Made by a program: the position numbers and the translations under genes. This document shows positions 1 through 9,957 of a stretch of DNA of 64,000 bases, in pieces. The notes under the pieces were generated by a model. That model did not search any database and was not told the origin of the DNA. It saw nothing but the letters and a program-made list of their open reading frames with translations. Numbering within the stretch: the stretch's first letter is position 1; each line of letters begins with the position of its first letter. The DNA is from an uncultured virus (IMG/VR IMGVR_UViG_3300032288_005212). Its lineage: Duplodnaviria; Heunggongvirae; Uroviricota; Caudoviricetes. Location: the IMG/VR virus record IMGVR_UViG_3300032288_005212, positions 42,085-106,084 of that record; one strand, 5' to 3'.

Positions 1-577
1 AACACTCACACGACGCTTTTCAAAAAACTTTAGACGAGCCGTGCCAATCTTATCTACCAGCTTACCAAGTCGAGTACAAGCAAACTTCTCCCCAATCTCA
101 AAACGCCGGTCTTCCGAAAGAAAGAAAAAAACGCTATCAATCAACTGATACGGGCCGTACCAGTTCGTATACTTTCGAATTACGACTTTCATTGATTTGC
201 CTCTTTAGATCACGAATTTCGTCAGCAGCAAGAAACATAATTCCTGCGTAGATAGACATATTTGCCATACGAAGAAGTTTTTCTCCGTACTCTTCGAGTT
301 TACTCTCCATGATCCACCTCAAAACAAATATCCGTTTTGTCCAGATAGATACGAGTAACCACTTTATTTACATCAGGAAGCATAGTTCCAACAGCAATAA
401 AAGGGCCGCCAGAAGGATCTACAAAACCGAGTTCGTTGTAGTTGACAGTTTCTTGTCCTTCCTTACCGCCAAAACGAAAGTAGCTACCACCCTTCATTAC
501 ATAATGGTCACCTTCAGCATCAAAGGTAATTATTTCGCCATAACGATTTCGCATACATTCTCTCCCGTAAAGAAGAT

Positions 578-617
578 ATTATAAGGCTTTTTTAGTTGCA
601 AGTCAAGAACTATTTTT
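578..617 (-). promoter_or_regulatory. Sigma70-type early promoter with A-tract
   Basis: Minus strand AAAAATAGTTC-TTGACT-17 nt-TATAAT. Confidence 0.85.
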
Positions 618-870
618 CCCACCACTCGTAGACAGAGTTTGCAGTACGAAAACGCACATAATTTCTCACTTCGAGCAGTATCTCTTCAATTGGCGAAGTC
701 TGCCAGGCAAGGTTTTTTCCAATTGAAAGAGGGCCTACTCGCATACAGACCCCCACTCGAGGACTTGCGTGATATTGAATACACTCCTCTCGATTTTCGT
801 ACCATATAGCAGCAGAAAGCGGGCCACTAGAGCCCGCTCCATCACCAACCCTCTTCAGAAAGTAGGCCAT
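610..870 (-). CDS. Hypothetical protein, paralog of 1397-1666
   Basis: Start moved to MAYFLKR; shares DGAG.SG, VGV.MRVG, WQTS.I.EIL and NYVRFRT.NS.YEW with 1397-1666. Confidence 0.7.
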   Translation of the reverse strand: MAYFLKRVGDGAGSSGPLSAAIWYENREECIQYHASPRVGVCMRVGPLSIGKNLAWQTSPIEEILLEVRNYVRFRTANSVYEWWEK

Positions 871-1396
871 CTTTCCACTCCTGAAACTGACGAGGAGACA
901 TATAGAACTCCAGTACAGTTTCAAGTGCCGCAAGAAGTCGATGGTCGTTCTCTTTTATTACGTCATCATAGGCTTGAGCAAGCTCATTTCGAATAAGAGT
1001 AGCAATTTGCTCGTGCTCAATATCAATTTCAAATTTCATAGTGAACTCCAGTGTGAAAAGAAAAAATTAGCAATAATAAAAAGATTAGTAATCACTGATT
1101 GAACAATGAGAAAAGTACGAATCCAAGCAACTTTATCTGCTTCGGAATCGCTACCTACTTTCTCTCCGAGAGCTTTTGCCCACAGTGACCACATTTTCAT
1201 TCTTCGTCTTCGACTACAAAGTGAATTTCAGAACCTAACGCAGCTTGAAAAGCTGACTCAATATATGCCGTATCTTCGACATATTCCCAGCTATCATCCT
1301 TTTCAATATGCTTGATCCACTCTCCATCAGGACCACGCTCAAAAGTTCCGTTTTCTGTTTCCATCGTGTAAAAACGTCTTTCATAAATTGCAGTAA

Positions 1397-1666
1397 TCAT
1401 ATATGCTCCCACCACTCGTATATTGAGTTGCTTGTTCGAAATCGAACGTAGTTTTCAGACTCTTCGAGAATCTCTGTAATCAGAGATGTTTGCCACCAAT
1501 CCTGGTAACTATAGGTTCGTCCACCAATTGAACCCACTCGCATAGCAACGCCCACTACGGGGCGCGCTCCATGAGAGAGCTTAACTTGTCCATTTTCTAA
1601 CCAAAGTGCAAGAGACATTCCACCACTGTCGCCAGCCCCATCACTTTCTCGTCGAAGATTATACAT
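1397..1666 (-). CDS. Hypothetical protein, paralog of 610-870
   Basis: Direct alignment to 610-870. Confidence 0.7.
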   Translation of the reverse strand: MYNLRRESDGAGDSGGMSLALWLENGQVKLSHGARPVVGVAMRVGSIGGRTYSYQDWWQTSLITEILEESENYVRFRTSNSIYEWWEHI

Positions 1667-1937
1667 TCTGTTCCTCTATACTATTGTGCAGGTCAAGATA
1701 GCCTGCGCACTGTGCTTGAGCATATGCTTCTGGCCCAAAGCCAAAGGTATCATACAGCACGCCACGATAAGTTCGATTTTCAACTAGTTCTGCTTTATGT
1801 ATTCTTCGTACAACTGCACAAAATGCTTTTAGTTGATCCTCTTTTGAAAGAGAATTCCAAAATTCCTCTTGTTCTGCTTCTAGTGACTCCATTGCTTCCT
1901 TAAAGATTTTACTAAATTCTTCCAAAGCTTCAAGCAT
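1659..1937 (-). CDS. Hypothetical protein, paralog of 5740-6021
   Basis: Shares W.SLSKE.QL..FCAVVRRI, TYR..LYD.F.F and AG.L..HN. Confidence 0.7.
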   Translation of the reverse strand: MLEALEEFSKIFKEAMESLEAEQEEFWNSLSKEDQLKAFCAVVRRIHKAELVENRTYRGVLYDTFGFGPEAYAQAQCAGYLDLHNSIEEQNV

Positions 1938-2277
1938 GATTGTCGCACCTCGTTTTGAGCCAACCACCTTTTACGAAATTTTGCCCAGGTGATCCACAGA
2001 TTTCACAAACATTATTGCTCATGCACTCTGCCATTCCAATCGCACCTTCGATGAATTCGTCAGCATAATGAGAATAAACTCGAAGTCCACCAAACTTTTC
2101 TTTGATTTGAACAACTTCGAATACGCCATCAAGCGGAGTGCGAGCTACATGACAATTAATCGTATGCAAAAGATTTTTAATCAAAGAATGCCATCCTTTT
2201 CCTACTGCAAAAATGCAATCATGTGATAGAATATCTTCATATTTTTCTCGAAGATCGTTCATTTTTTCTTTTCCCAC
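1930..2277 (-). CDS. Conserved phage hypothetical protein with QIKEKFGGLR motif and C-terminal Zn-ribbon
   Basis: VQIKEKFGGLRVY, CEICGSPG, GWLKTRC..H; a recurrent phage family. Confidence 0.7.
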   Translation of the reverse strand: MGKEKMNDLREKYEDILSHDCIFAVGKGWHSLIKNLLHTINCHVARTPLDGVFEVVQIKEKFGGLRVYSHYADEFIEGAIGMAECMSNNVCEICGSPGQNFVKGGWLKTRCDNHA

Positions 2278-2914
2278 GCCCAGTTATCTGTTGCCCAATC
2301 AAGTATACAATCATTAAATGAATACTCTCCGTCCCCATACTTTCGGCACATCGCCTTATGCCAGAATGGAAAATAGTCACGACGAATATCTTCTTCGGTG
2401 ACAGTTACAATATGACCATCACCATATTCATCGTATGCGTCATATTGAAAATATCTCATTCGTCACCATCCCATTCAATACCGTTATTATAACACCATTC
2501 TTTAATAATGTCAATGCTTTTTTGCGCCTGGGCCTCTTCTGCATCCCAAGTTTCTTGAGTGTAGTTATCTCCGCCACAACCACAGTCACAGCCAAAACGC
2601 ACAGCCATACGAGTAGGACTCCAGAGAGCTTGCTCGTAGTTTGAAAACATATACTTGAGTTCAGAAAATTTCATTTCTTTTTTGCAGCCTTATTTGCCTA
2701 TTTAAGTCTTCCCAAAGATTGATAGCTTCTTCTCGCGTATCTGCAGTTATATTTATACCACATTCATCATCCAAGTCAGGACATCGAATAGTCCAACACC
2801 AGTTCGACTGGGGAGCTTCTGCGTTTGAAATATAAGTTTTGGTTCCATCTTCTTCAAGAACCCATGCTTCGCCAGTAGGCTCTGGCTTAAATATAGTACC
2901 ACATACAGGACATT

Positions 2915-3112
2915 TCATTTTTTAACTCCAAAGTGTTCCTTTATCTCATCACCAATAATATCAAGACCGTAGTCATCTACATGAACATCAATACATTCCT
3001 GAATAATCAACTGTACGAAATATTCAAGCTCATCATCAGTAAACACCCAAGCAGGAGCAGAGATGTTCTCTACAATGGCTTCCAGAGCCAGGTCTCTAAT
3101 TCGTATATTCAT
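2915..3112 (-). CDS. Hypothetical protein, MNxRIRELA...FAxLIIxEC family (paralogs 4142-4345, 4678-4881)
   Basis: Shared N-terminus, ELEYFVQLIIQEC and EHFG motifs. Confidence 0.65.
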   Translation of the reverse strand: MNIRIRDLALEAIVENISAPAWVFTDDELEYFVQLIIQECIDVHVDDYGLDIIGDEIKEHFGVKK

Positions 3113-3342
3113 GCTAGTCTCTCATCCAAGGTCTTGGAGCATACGCTGCCATCATTATTTCACGCATTAGCATATTTTCTTTTCGCAACTCTTCCACTTC
3201 TTTTTTCAGAGCTGCGTACTCACACGTTTGATGATGCGTCTTTGCATTTACGTTAAATTTGCAATGAGGGCACCACTGAGCATGAGTGAATATGTCAAAA
3301 CACTCACAGAGATCTATCGGAGAAAAGCACGTTCCGCAGACT

Positions 3343-3633
3343 TCACGATTCATGTTTACTCCTTGCGCGAATGGCGGCAGCTTTAATGTCAAGAAGCTCG
3401 ACACCTTCTTCACCACCAATGTATCCCCATATAGCGTCGCGGCGGTGTTCTTCATCTGGCTCTACCAACTTCGCACACGCTTCCCGCTCATGCGCTGCGA
3501 TGAGGGCGGCAAACTTCTCTAGCTGTACTATACCCATCATCCAGACTGTGTTCTGAGATGGCAGTGCAACTTCTGCGTAAGGCTCTTCTGAGATAGCCTT
3601 TCGTGCCATCTCAATTAGATTAAGACGATTCAT
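3343..3633 (-). CDS. Hypothetical protein, FAALxAAHEREACA family
   Basis: Start at GGAGTAAACATG; paralog of 3620-3880. Confidence 0.7.
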   Translation of the reverse strand: MNRLNLIEMARKAISEEPYAEVALPSQNTVWMMGIVQLEKFAALIAAHEREACAKLVEPDEEHRRDAIWGYIGGEEGVELLDIKAAAIRARSKHES

Positions 3634-3880
3634 GTTTACTCCTTGCGCGCATGGAGTCATAAATAACTTGTACTGGAGACTCACGTATGGCGGCGGCAAC
3701 CTCTGATAACGTTAAATAGTGTTCAGCGAGGATGCTATCTTCGCATACTCGTGCACACGCTTCTCGCTCATGCGCTGCGACAAGGGCGGCGAAGCGTTCA
3801 AGAAATGCAATATCACTTGAAGACATCGCCCAAGTGAAATTGACTTCACGTGCCATGCGGATGATATCATCACGATTCAT
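3620..3880 (-). CDS. Hypothetical protein, FAALxAAHEREACA family
   Basis: Paralog of 3343-3633; both end RARSKHES. Confidence 0.7.
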   Translation of the reverse strand: MNRDDIIRMAREVNFTWAMSSSDIAFLERFAALVAAHEREACARVCEDSILAEHYLTLSEVAAAIRESPVQVIYDSMRARSKHESS

Positions 3881-4141
3881 GTTGCCACCAGGTGATTTTT
3901 CCATGAACTTTTTCATACTCGGCGATCAACTCTTCGTATGGCATGACTTCTTCTGTTTCAAAGGTGTCCAGCCAGTTTGTCAGATTGCCCCAGTCTTGCC
4001 GATGCATCATGCTCAACGCATACTCCTCTGGGTACTCTGAGTCTGTGCCGTAGATGTCGATGCGACCAGTGGCCCAACAGTCGCCGTGTTTCTCGGTCCA
4101 GTCAAGAGATACAGGTCCCATCCAGTTGGTGCTATAGTGGA

Positions 4142-4345
4142 TCATCGCTTGAGTCCAAAACGATTGACTTTGAGCCAGTCTAATTGACTAACCGCTTCAT
4201 CATGTCCATGCCATGACAAATTATCCTGACATTCCCGAATCAATAACTCGGCGAATTTTTCAACATCCATCATTGCTGGAACTATACTGTCTCCCCACTC
4301 ACCTGCACCTGCCTGCAGGGCAAGTTCTCTAATTCGTTCGTTCAT
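4142..4345 (-). CDS. Hypothetical protein, MNERIRELA family
   Basis: MNERIRELALQAG...EKFAELLIREC. Confidence 0.65.
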   Translation of the reverse strand: MNERIRELALQAGAGEWGDSIVPAMMDVEKFAELLIRECQDNLSWHGHDEAVSQLDWLKVNRFGLKR

Positions 4346-4677
4346 ACCCGTTTCACCTGCCAGCAATGACTGCGACCTTTGACACCGTCATCATATTGTA
4401 ACTCCAAGTCGCCCCAGAAGGACTCTGGTCCATCGTAGTGACGAATCTGACGAATCACTGTGGCTTCCATTTTTGCGGGACCCACATATACACGATCCCC
4501 CGCCTGAAATGGTGCAGGCTTCTGAACGATATCATTCTCCATAATATACACCCTTTGGTAGATCAGGTCGATACTTCCACAGCCAAAAGTCTGCCATGGG
4601 CATATGCCTGCTGGGAAAGTACCAGACTTTTCGATAGCCCAGACTCTGCATGAATTTGTCAAAGTACCAGCGTATCA

Positions 4678-4881
4678 TCACTCAATACCAAAGTGTTCTC
4701 GCCAAGCAGCAGCAATATGGCGATTATAGAGTTCGTTGTCAACCAAAGCATTTGCACACTCCGAAATAATCAGACGAGCAAACTGCTCTAGTTCTGCATC
4801 GTAGAACTGCCACACAGGCGGAACGTGCTTTCGTGTGCCTGCGGCGTCTTCAGCAAGTTTACGCAAGAGCACATCATTCAT
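4678..4881 (-). CDS. Hypothetical protein, MNERIRELA family
   Basis: ELEQFARLIISEC...EHFGIE. Confidence 0.6.
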   Translation of the reverse strand: MNDVLLRKLAEDAAGTRKHVPPVWQFYDAELEQFARLIISECANALVDNELYNRHIAAAWREHFGIE

Positions 4882-5739
4882 TTCAGTATGCTCCCCAGTC
4901 CCCGCCGCTCAGTGCGGCTTCAACTCTTGTGACGATATAGCCGTCATTGCTGTAGTCGTGGATGTACCTTAGCAACTCCTCCAACTCCGCGATGCGGGCG
5001 CGGAGGTAGGCGATTTCTTCCGTGATGCTTTCCTGATCTCCAATGGTCAGACGAATATCACCCAAGCCGAGATGGAAGTCTTTATGATGCCGCCGCATCT
5101 CAAACATCGATTCAATGTCCATCATTCCCTCCCGCCGCTCAGGGCGGCTTTAGCGTTGCGGTATGTAGCCGATCCGAATCCGAGAGCGCGCCATGTTTTG
5201 TACTCGCTTTCTCCGTAGTCGCGTATATTATCTCTGAGAAACCAATACTCCATGTTATCTACTGCGCCGCGAAGAGCAGCCTCCAACTCCGCGATGCGGC
5301 GGTCCTTCGCAGCGTTCTCCGCGCGGAGGCGTTCAAGCTCAGCGGTTTGCTCTTGAGCGATATCGTCATCATGATTCATGTTTAATTCTCGCAAGAACAT
5401 TTAGAAGTTCAAATTCGCCATACGTCAAACTAAAATGCTTATCGTCAATAGTTACGTCAAACCCTTCGCCATTGTTCCACTCAGTAACTTCCATGAAAGA
5501 GTGATCTTTTGCCAAATGGCAGTACTCTTTCAAGGGTGCGAATACAGCTTTACGATTATAGAATTCCATCGTCATCCTCCAGGCAATATCCAATGCCAAT
5601 ATCAACGTAAGTTTGACCATTTTCATTATAGCGACGAACATTATAATTACCACGATAATGGTAACTACGAACGCCGTCACTAATCAAAATCTCTACGTCT
5701 CCAATATCAGCTTGGAGAAGTTGAAGTTCACTAATCATA

Positions 5740-6021
5740 TCACTGATTTTCATTTATCACCATTGCATTATGCATTTCAAGAAAGCCCGCATCCATTGCA
5801 CGAACATAGGAATTGAAATCAAACTCAAATACGTCGTAAAGAATGTGACGGTAAGTTCCTTTTACTACAAACTCTCCGTCACAAATCCGTCGCACTACGG
5901 CGCAAAATACATCAAGTTGTTGCTCTTTTGAAAGCGAACTCCAAGTTTCCTCTTCTCGAGCACGATATACTTTTCGAGCCTGTTCAAAAGCTCCCCGAAG
6001 TTCTTCAATCACTTCTTTCAT
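5740..6021 (-). CDS. Hypothetical protein, paralog of 1659-1937
   Basis: Direct alignment; first gene after the 6045-6073 promoter. Confidence 0.7.
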   Translation of the reverse strand: MKEVIEELRGAFEQARKVYRAREEETWSSLSKEQQLDVFCAVVRRICDGEFVVKGTYRHILYDVFEFDFNSYVRAMDAGFLEMHNAMVINENQ

Positions 6022-6044
6022 CTGTAACTTTCCAAAGAAGAATT

Positions 6045-6073
6045 ATTATAGTGCATAAAACTAAAAAAGTCAA
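6045..6073 (-). promoter_or_regulatory. Sigma70-type promoter
   Basis: TTGACT-17 nt-TATAAT on the minus strand. Confidence 0.85.
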
Positions 6074-6345
6074 CATTCATTCAGTCGTGCTTCTGCATAA
6101 AGAGCGGCGTATGCAATGAGATCTTCGCAACTATCAACGTGCCCTTTTTCTCTCTGCCTATCTCGTACCATTTTGAGTAGCGCAAGAATCAACATACCTT
6201 CAGCTTCGGTTAAATCTCTACCCGTAATTGCGTTAAAGGCCGCAATAGTGCGGCCCATGCTACGCTCTCCACTAGGAGAATCATACTGAAGCCCTCTTTC
6301 GGAAAGAAGGCACAGTGCGTTTTCTAGCAATGTTTCAACTTTCAT
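6070..6345 (-). CDS. DUF6378-like (dNTP diphosphohydrolase-like) helical protein
   Basis: ERGLQYD...ERSM...LK..R...H.DS..DL.AYAAL pattern. Confidence 0.6.
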   Translation of the reverse strand: MKVETLLENALCLLSERGLQYDSPSGERSMGRTIAAFNAITGRDLTEAEGMLILALLKMVRDRQREKGHVDSCEDLIAYAALYAEARLNEC

Positions 6346-6792
6346 GGCCAATCTCAAACATTTCATCAATGTTAAGCATTACGGATGCTACGATTGCATC
6401 AGTAATAGCTTCCATGCTTGGCTGATCGTTATGCTTATAAGCACGGCGATAGCCTGCCGTTACTCCGGCAGCGATAGCGTCTTCAATAAGATCACGAAGT
6501 GCGGTCGGTCGAATTTGCATCATTTTTAATAAACCTCAGTTTTTGTTCGGGCTTCCAGTTTTTGAGATAGTCTGACATTTCATCAAACTGTCGAATATAT
6601 TCGGCAGTAGTAACTTCTCGAGTAGAAGTAATAAGTTCATCAAGATGAGTTTGTCCAAACTCTTCTACTTCTTCGCAGGTTACATAGTCTTTTGCATACT
6701 CTGCTTTTTCACATTCAATCGCATAAGCGTGACGAAAAATCTGTACAGTTTCAACAATATAAAGTGGCATAATGGCCTCCTTGTGTAAAAAT

Positions 6793-6867
<75 letters not shown>

Positions 6868-6908
6868 AGTTGCTGCTCAATTTACCCTCGGAGTAGCAAA
6901 CGAGAATA

Positions 6909-6992
6909 TGGTACCGATGAGAAGACTCGAACTTCCACAACTTACGTCACTAGAACCTAAATCTAGCGTGTCTACCATTCCACCACATCGGC
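6909..6992 (-). tRNA. tRNA-Leu(TAG)
   Basis: GCCGATG/CATCGGT stem, CTAGA-TTTAGGT-TCTAG anticodon arm, long variable arm, CCA. Confidence 0.95.
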
Positions 6993-6997
6993 AAGTA

Positions 6998-7096
6998 CGG
7001 TTTTTATCTGCATCACACTCTCGGGTTACCCGTGCCGCAACTTAATCGGATGAAGGTAACTTGCCTCATGGCAGACCGGACAGCAACCGAAAACCG
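6998..7096 (-). ncRNA. Candidate structured small RNA of about 100 nt just upstream of tRNA-Leu
   Basis: Nested stems CGGUUUU/AAAACCG, GUCUGC/GCAGAU, GUUACC/GGUAAC, CCG/CGG; GC-rich, no ORF. Confidence 0.45.
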
Positions 7097-7101
7097 GTAA
7101 T

Positions 7102-7761
7102 TTAACTTAACGAAGAATTAGTCAAATACTTATTTTGAATAGGAAATTTAAGTGGCTCAGCACTGAGTCTTTTAGCTATTACATAAATAGAACACTCAGA
7201 ACTTGCTTGAAACCTTGCTGTTGGATGCACTTCAGAAGAATTTGATCCATTAGTTACTATCATAAGCTCTATTTTCCAGTTATTTTGAGTGTACAAATCA
7301 TGGTAAAAAGTAGGCTGTATACAATAAAACCCATGATTTAACATCGTTAATGGGGGAGTATGAAAAATGACTCCACCAGGTTTAACAGCATTTGCTGCAT
7401 TAATCGTAGCCTGCCAAATATTGGCACAATGTTCAGTAGTACCACAGTCTAAAACTATATCGTACTTTCCAAAATCTTGGGGTTGATTTAGGTCAAAAAT
7501 TTCTTCTCTACCACGACTAGCTACAATATCAACATATCGTATTGTATTAATACCCAACTTCCTGAATACTTCGTCTGTCTCTGGCAATCTGTGGTGTCTT
7601 CCATGCCATCTACCAAAATCAGTTTCTGCAGTAGTTTGAAAGCCTGTAATAGTTTTAAGCTCATCCTGTGACATAACCATGTCTGGATATGACAAAGATA
7701 GCAATGAATCGCAGGGCATAAATTTTTTGATATTGCTAAGCCCTAATGCATTAATTCCCAT
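7102..7761 (-). CDS. Class I SAM-dependent methyltransferase-like protein
   Basis: YVDI, DLNQP, YDIVLDCGTTEH, AVKPGGVIFH motifs. Confidence 0.7.
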   Translation of the reverse strand: MGINALGLSNIKKFMPCDSLLSLSYPDMVMSQDELKTITGFQTTAETDFGRWHGRHHRLPETDEVFRKLGINTIRYVDIVASRGREEIFDLNQPQDFGKYDIVLDCGTTEHCANIWQATINAANAVKPGGVIFHTPPLTMLNHGFYCIQPTFYHDLYTQNNWKIELMIVTNGSNSSEVHPTARFQASSECSIYVIAKRLSAEPLKFPIQNKYLTNSSLS

Positions 7762-7777
7762 AATTATTACCTGTTTA

Positions 7778-7851
7778 TGGAGCCCACACTCGGAATCGAA
7801 CCAAGGATAGATGATTACAAATCAACTGTTATACCATTTAACTATGCGGGC
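7778..7851 (-). tRNA. tRNA-Thr(TGT)
   Basis: GCCCGCA/TGTGGGC stem, TT-TGT-AA loop, GGTTCGATTCC, CCA. Confidence 0.93.
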
Positions 7852-7860
7852 AGAAAATAT

Positions 7861-7889
7861 ATTATCAATCCTGGCGAGTAAAAAGTCAA
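7861..7889 (-). promoter_or_regulatory. Promoter for the tRNA-Thr operon
   Basis: TTGACT-17 nt-GATAAT, about 10 nt upstream of the tRNA. Confidence 0.75.
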
Positions 7890-8025
7890 GAATTTTGTGG
7901 CCCTGTAGCAACAAATTTTCTACCGCCTTTATGTTCTCGCATAATTGATCGTTGATTTGCTTCGATTTTTTCGAGCAGGTTTGAAATTTTGCGAAGCGTA
8001 AAAAGAACTTCTTTCGCCCAAGTAA

Positions 8026-8412
8026 TCATAAATCACCTTTTGCACGATTTTCGCTACGAGCGACTTCAAATCCGTCAGGATAGCGAGCTTGTAGCTTTTC
8101 TACATTCATTTTTACGATCTCTTCAAGATTAACTGAAAGAGCGTTGGCAGCATTGGCGAGATACCAACATATATCTCCCAACTCACGTAGCATATGATAA
8201 TGAACGTCAGCATTATATTCTTTTCCTTGAAAAATAATTTTCTTTACAATTTCAGAGAATTCACCGCTCTCGCTAGCCAGTCCAACACTTGCCGTCAGCA
8301 AGAGTGGGACATTCACGTTCAGCGTAACAATGCGATCAATAAACTCACTCAGTCCTTTTGATTCCGCACTCGTTGTATACTTTACAAACTTCTGATATTC
8401 ATTTAAATCCAC
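8026..8412 (-). CDS. mazG: MazG-like nucleotide pyrophosphohydrolase
   Basis: GLASESGEFSEIVKK...ELGDICWY...N..KL.ARYPDGF. Confidence 0.9.
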   Translation of the reverse strand: MDLNEYQKFVKYTTSAESKGLSEFIDRIVTLNVNVPLLLTASVGLASESGEFSEIVKKIIFQGKEYNADVHYHMLRELGDICWYLANAANALSVNLEEIVKMNVEKLQARYPDGFEVARSENRAKGDL

Positions 8413-9023
8413 AGTTCAATTCCTTTTTCTTCCAAAGCGCGTTTACAGTCTTGAGCAACTTTCATATGCTCACGTTGAGTACCGTTTCCAGTACGAGTTT
8501 CAATATAATGCATCCAGGAACGTAGTGTTCCATTCATATAAATGCGCGAGAGTGTCATTCCTTCTGGAAGAACTGCTCGAGCCTGCTCTTTTGCAATTCC
8601 GTTGCTTAGCGCCCATTCATACATTTCACGAGCAACATCACTTACTTCTTTTTGGCGCTCTTCCCACTCAGTCACAAGGCTAGACATTCCATCAATTGGA
8701 AGACTATTTTGACGATTCTTCGTATCTTGAAGACGCGCTTCACGAGTAACAAACTCTTCTTTTACTTCCGCGTAACGCTGGCTAAACTCTTGAAAAGTAA
8801 AAGAGCGATGACGAAGAATTTGTCGAGCAATATCTCTCGTAGTTGTAATTTCAAGACAAGCATTTACCATCTCAAATGGAGAAAAATGTTTGTTTCGAAT
8901 CAAATATTTAATCAGTTGCGGAGCAGTAGTCATATTATACTGATTTGCAGGGTTTGATACCCTCGCACAGTATGCAACTGTTTCCATTGCTCCAGGTGTA
9001 ATCCATACTACTTTTACTGTCAT
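8403..9023 (-). CDS. thyX: FAD-dependent thymidylate synthase
   Basis: ARVS, HFSPFE, RQILRHRSFTFQEFSQRY (RHRx7S), EQAR.VLP. Confidence 0.96.
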   Translation of the reverse strand: MTVKVVWITPGAMETVAYCARVSNPANQYNMTTAPQLIKYLIRNKHFSPFEMVNACLEITTTRDIARQILRHRSFTFQEFSQRYAEVKEEFVTREARLQDTKNRQNSLPIDGMSSLVTEWEERQKEVSDVAREMYEWALSNGIAKEQARAVLPEGMTLSRIYMNGTLRSWMHYIETRTGNGTQREHMKVAQDCKRALEEKGIELWI

Positions 9024-9052
9024 ATTTTTCTCTCCTTAGTGGAATTTCACAT

Positions 9053-9147
9053 ATTATATCACTTATCTATGTAAAAAGTCAAGGTTTATTTTTCGAAGTA
9101 CCAATTAAAAAATAGTGCTTGACATAGTGTTCTAAACTTGTTACAAT
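9053..9147. promoter_or_regulatory. Divergent promoter pair (thyX leftward, phoH rightward)
   Basis: Minus TTGACT (9077-82) with TATAAT (9053-58); plus TTGACA (9119-24)-17-TACAAT (9142-47). Confidence 0.8.
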
Positions 9148-9167
9148 ATTAAAATAAGGAGTACTAA

Positions 9168-9860
9168 ATGGCAAAACATTATCAGCCTCAGCATTTTCAG
9201 CCAAAGTCATTCTCCCCAATAACAAGAAACCAGAGAAAAGTATTTGAGTACTTTCCACATAATCATCTTGTATTGCACGGAATGGCTGGAACTGGAAAAT
9301 CATTTCTTTCACTCTATCTATCTCTTCAAGCAGTTCTTGCTAAAAAATCACCGTATTTTAAAGTTATTGTGGTACGCAGTGCAGTGCCAACTCGAGATAT
9401 TGGATTTTTACCTGGTTCGCTAAAAGAAAAAATAGAGGCGTATGAAGAACCCTATAAAATAATTGTTGATGAAATTTTTGGTCGTGGAGATGCCTATGGT
9501 ATTCTCAAAAATAAAGGACAGATTGAATTTGTTACTACCTCCTATCTTCGAGGCGTGACTCTCGACGATTGCATTGTAATAGTAGATGAATTTCAAAACT
9601 GTACTTTCCAAGAATTAGATACTATTATAACGCGTATAGGCGAAAATGGCAAGATAATTTTCTGCGGAGACTATCGTCAAAGTGATCTTGACAAGAGTCG
9701 AGAGCGTAGAGGAATGATGAAATTTCTTGACATTCTCGAAAAAATGTACGAATTTGAGTTTGTAGAATTTGAAGCAGAAGATATTGTTCGAAGCGGCCTC
9801 GTAAAGTCCTACATTATAGCTAAGTCGGAACTTGAAGACCACTTAAAAAATAGTGCTTGA
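9168..9860 (+). CDS. phoH: PhoH-like ATPase
   Basis: GMAGTGKS, IGFLPG, YLRGVTL, DEFQN, TRIG, GDYRQSD, DIVRS. Confidence 0.95.
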   Translation: MAKHYQPQHFQPKSFSPITRNQRKVFEYFPHNHLVLHGMAGTGKSFLSLYLSLQAVLAKKSPYFKVIVVRSAVPTRDIGFLPGSLKEKIEAYEEPYKIIVDEIFGRGDAYGILKNKGQIEFVTTSYLRGVTLDDCIVIVDEFQNCTFQELDTIITRIGENGKIIFCGDYRQSDLDKSRERRGMMKFLDILEKMYEFEFVEFEAEDIVRSGLVKSYIIAKSELEDHLKNSA

Positions 9861-9885
9861 TTTTTTAGTTCACTCCTGTTATAAT
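9857..9885 (+). promoter_or_regulatory. Promoter for hsp20
   Basis: TTGATT-17 nt-TATAAT. Confidence 0.75.
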
Positions 9886-9957
9886 ATATGACAGTGTGAG
9901 GGTCTGCCCACACTGTTATAATAACGCTACCGAAAGGGGCAGCATAAGGAGAAACTT

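Larger units (their letters stand above)
137..6770 (-). other. Array of about 28 short, overlapping hypothetical ORFs (hypervariable early region)
   Basis: Head-to-tail 50-115 aa minus-strand ORFs with ATGA-type overlaps and SD motifs, driven by sigma70-like promoters at 578-606 and 6045-6073. Confidence 0.85.
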
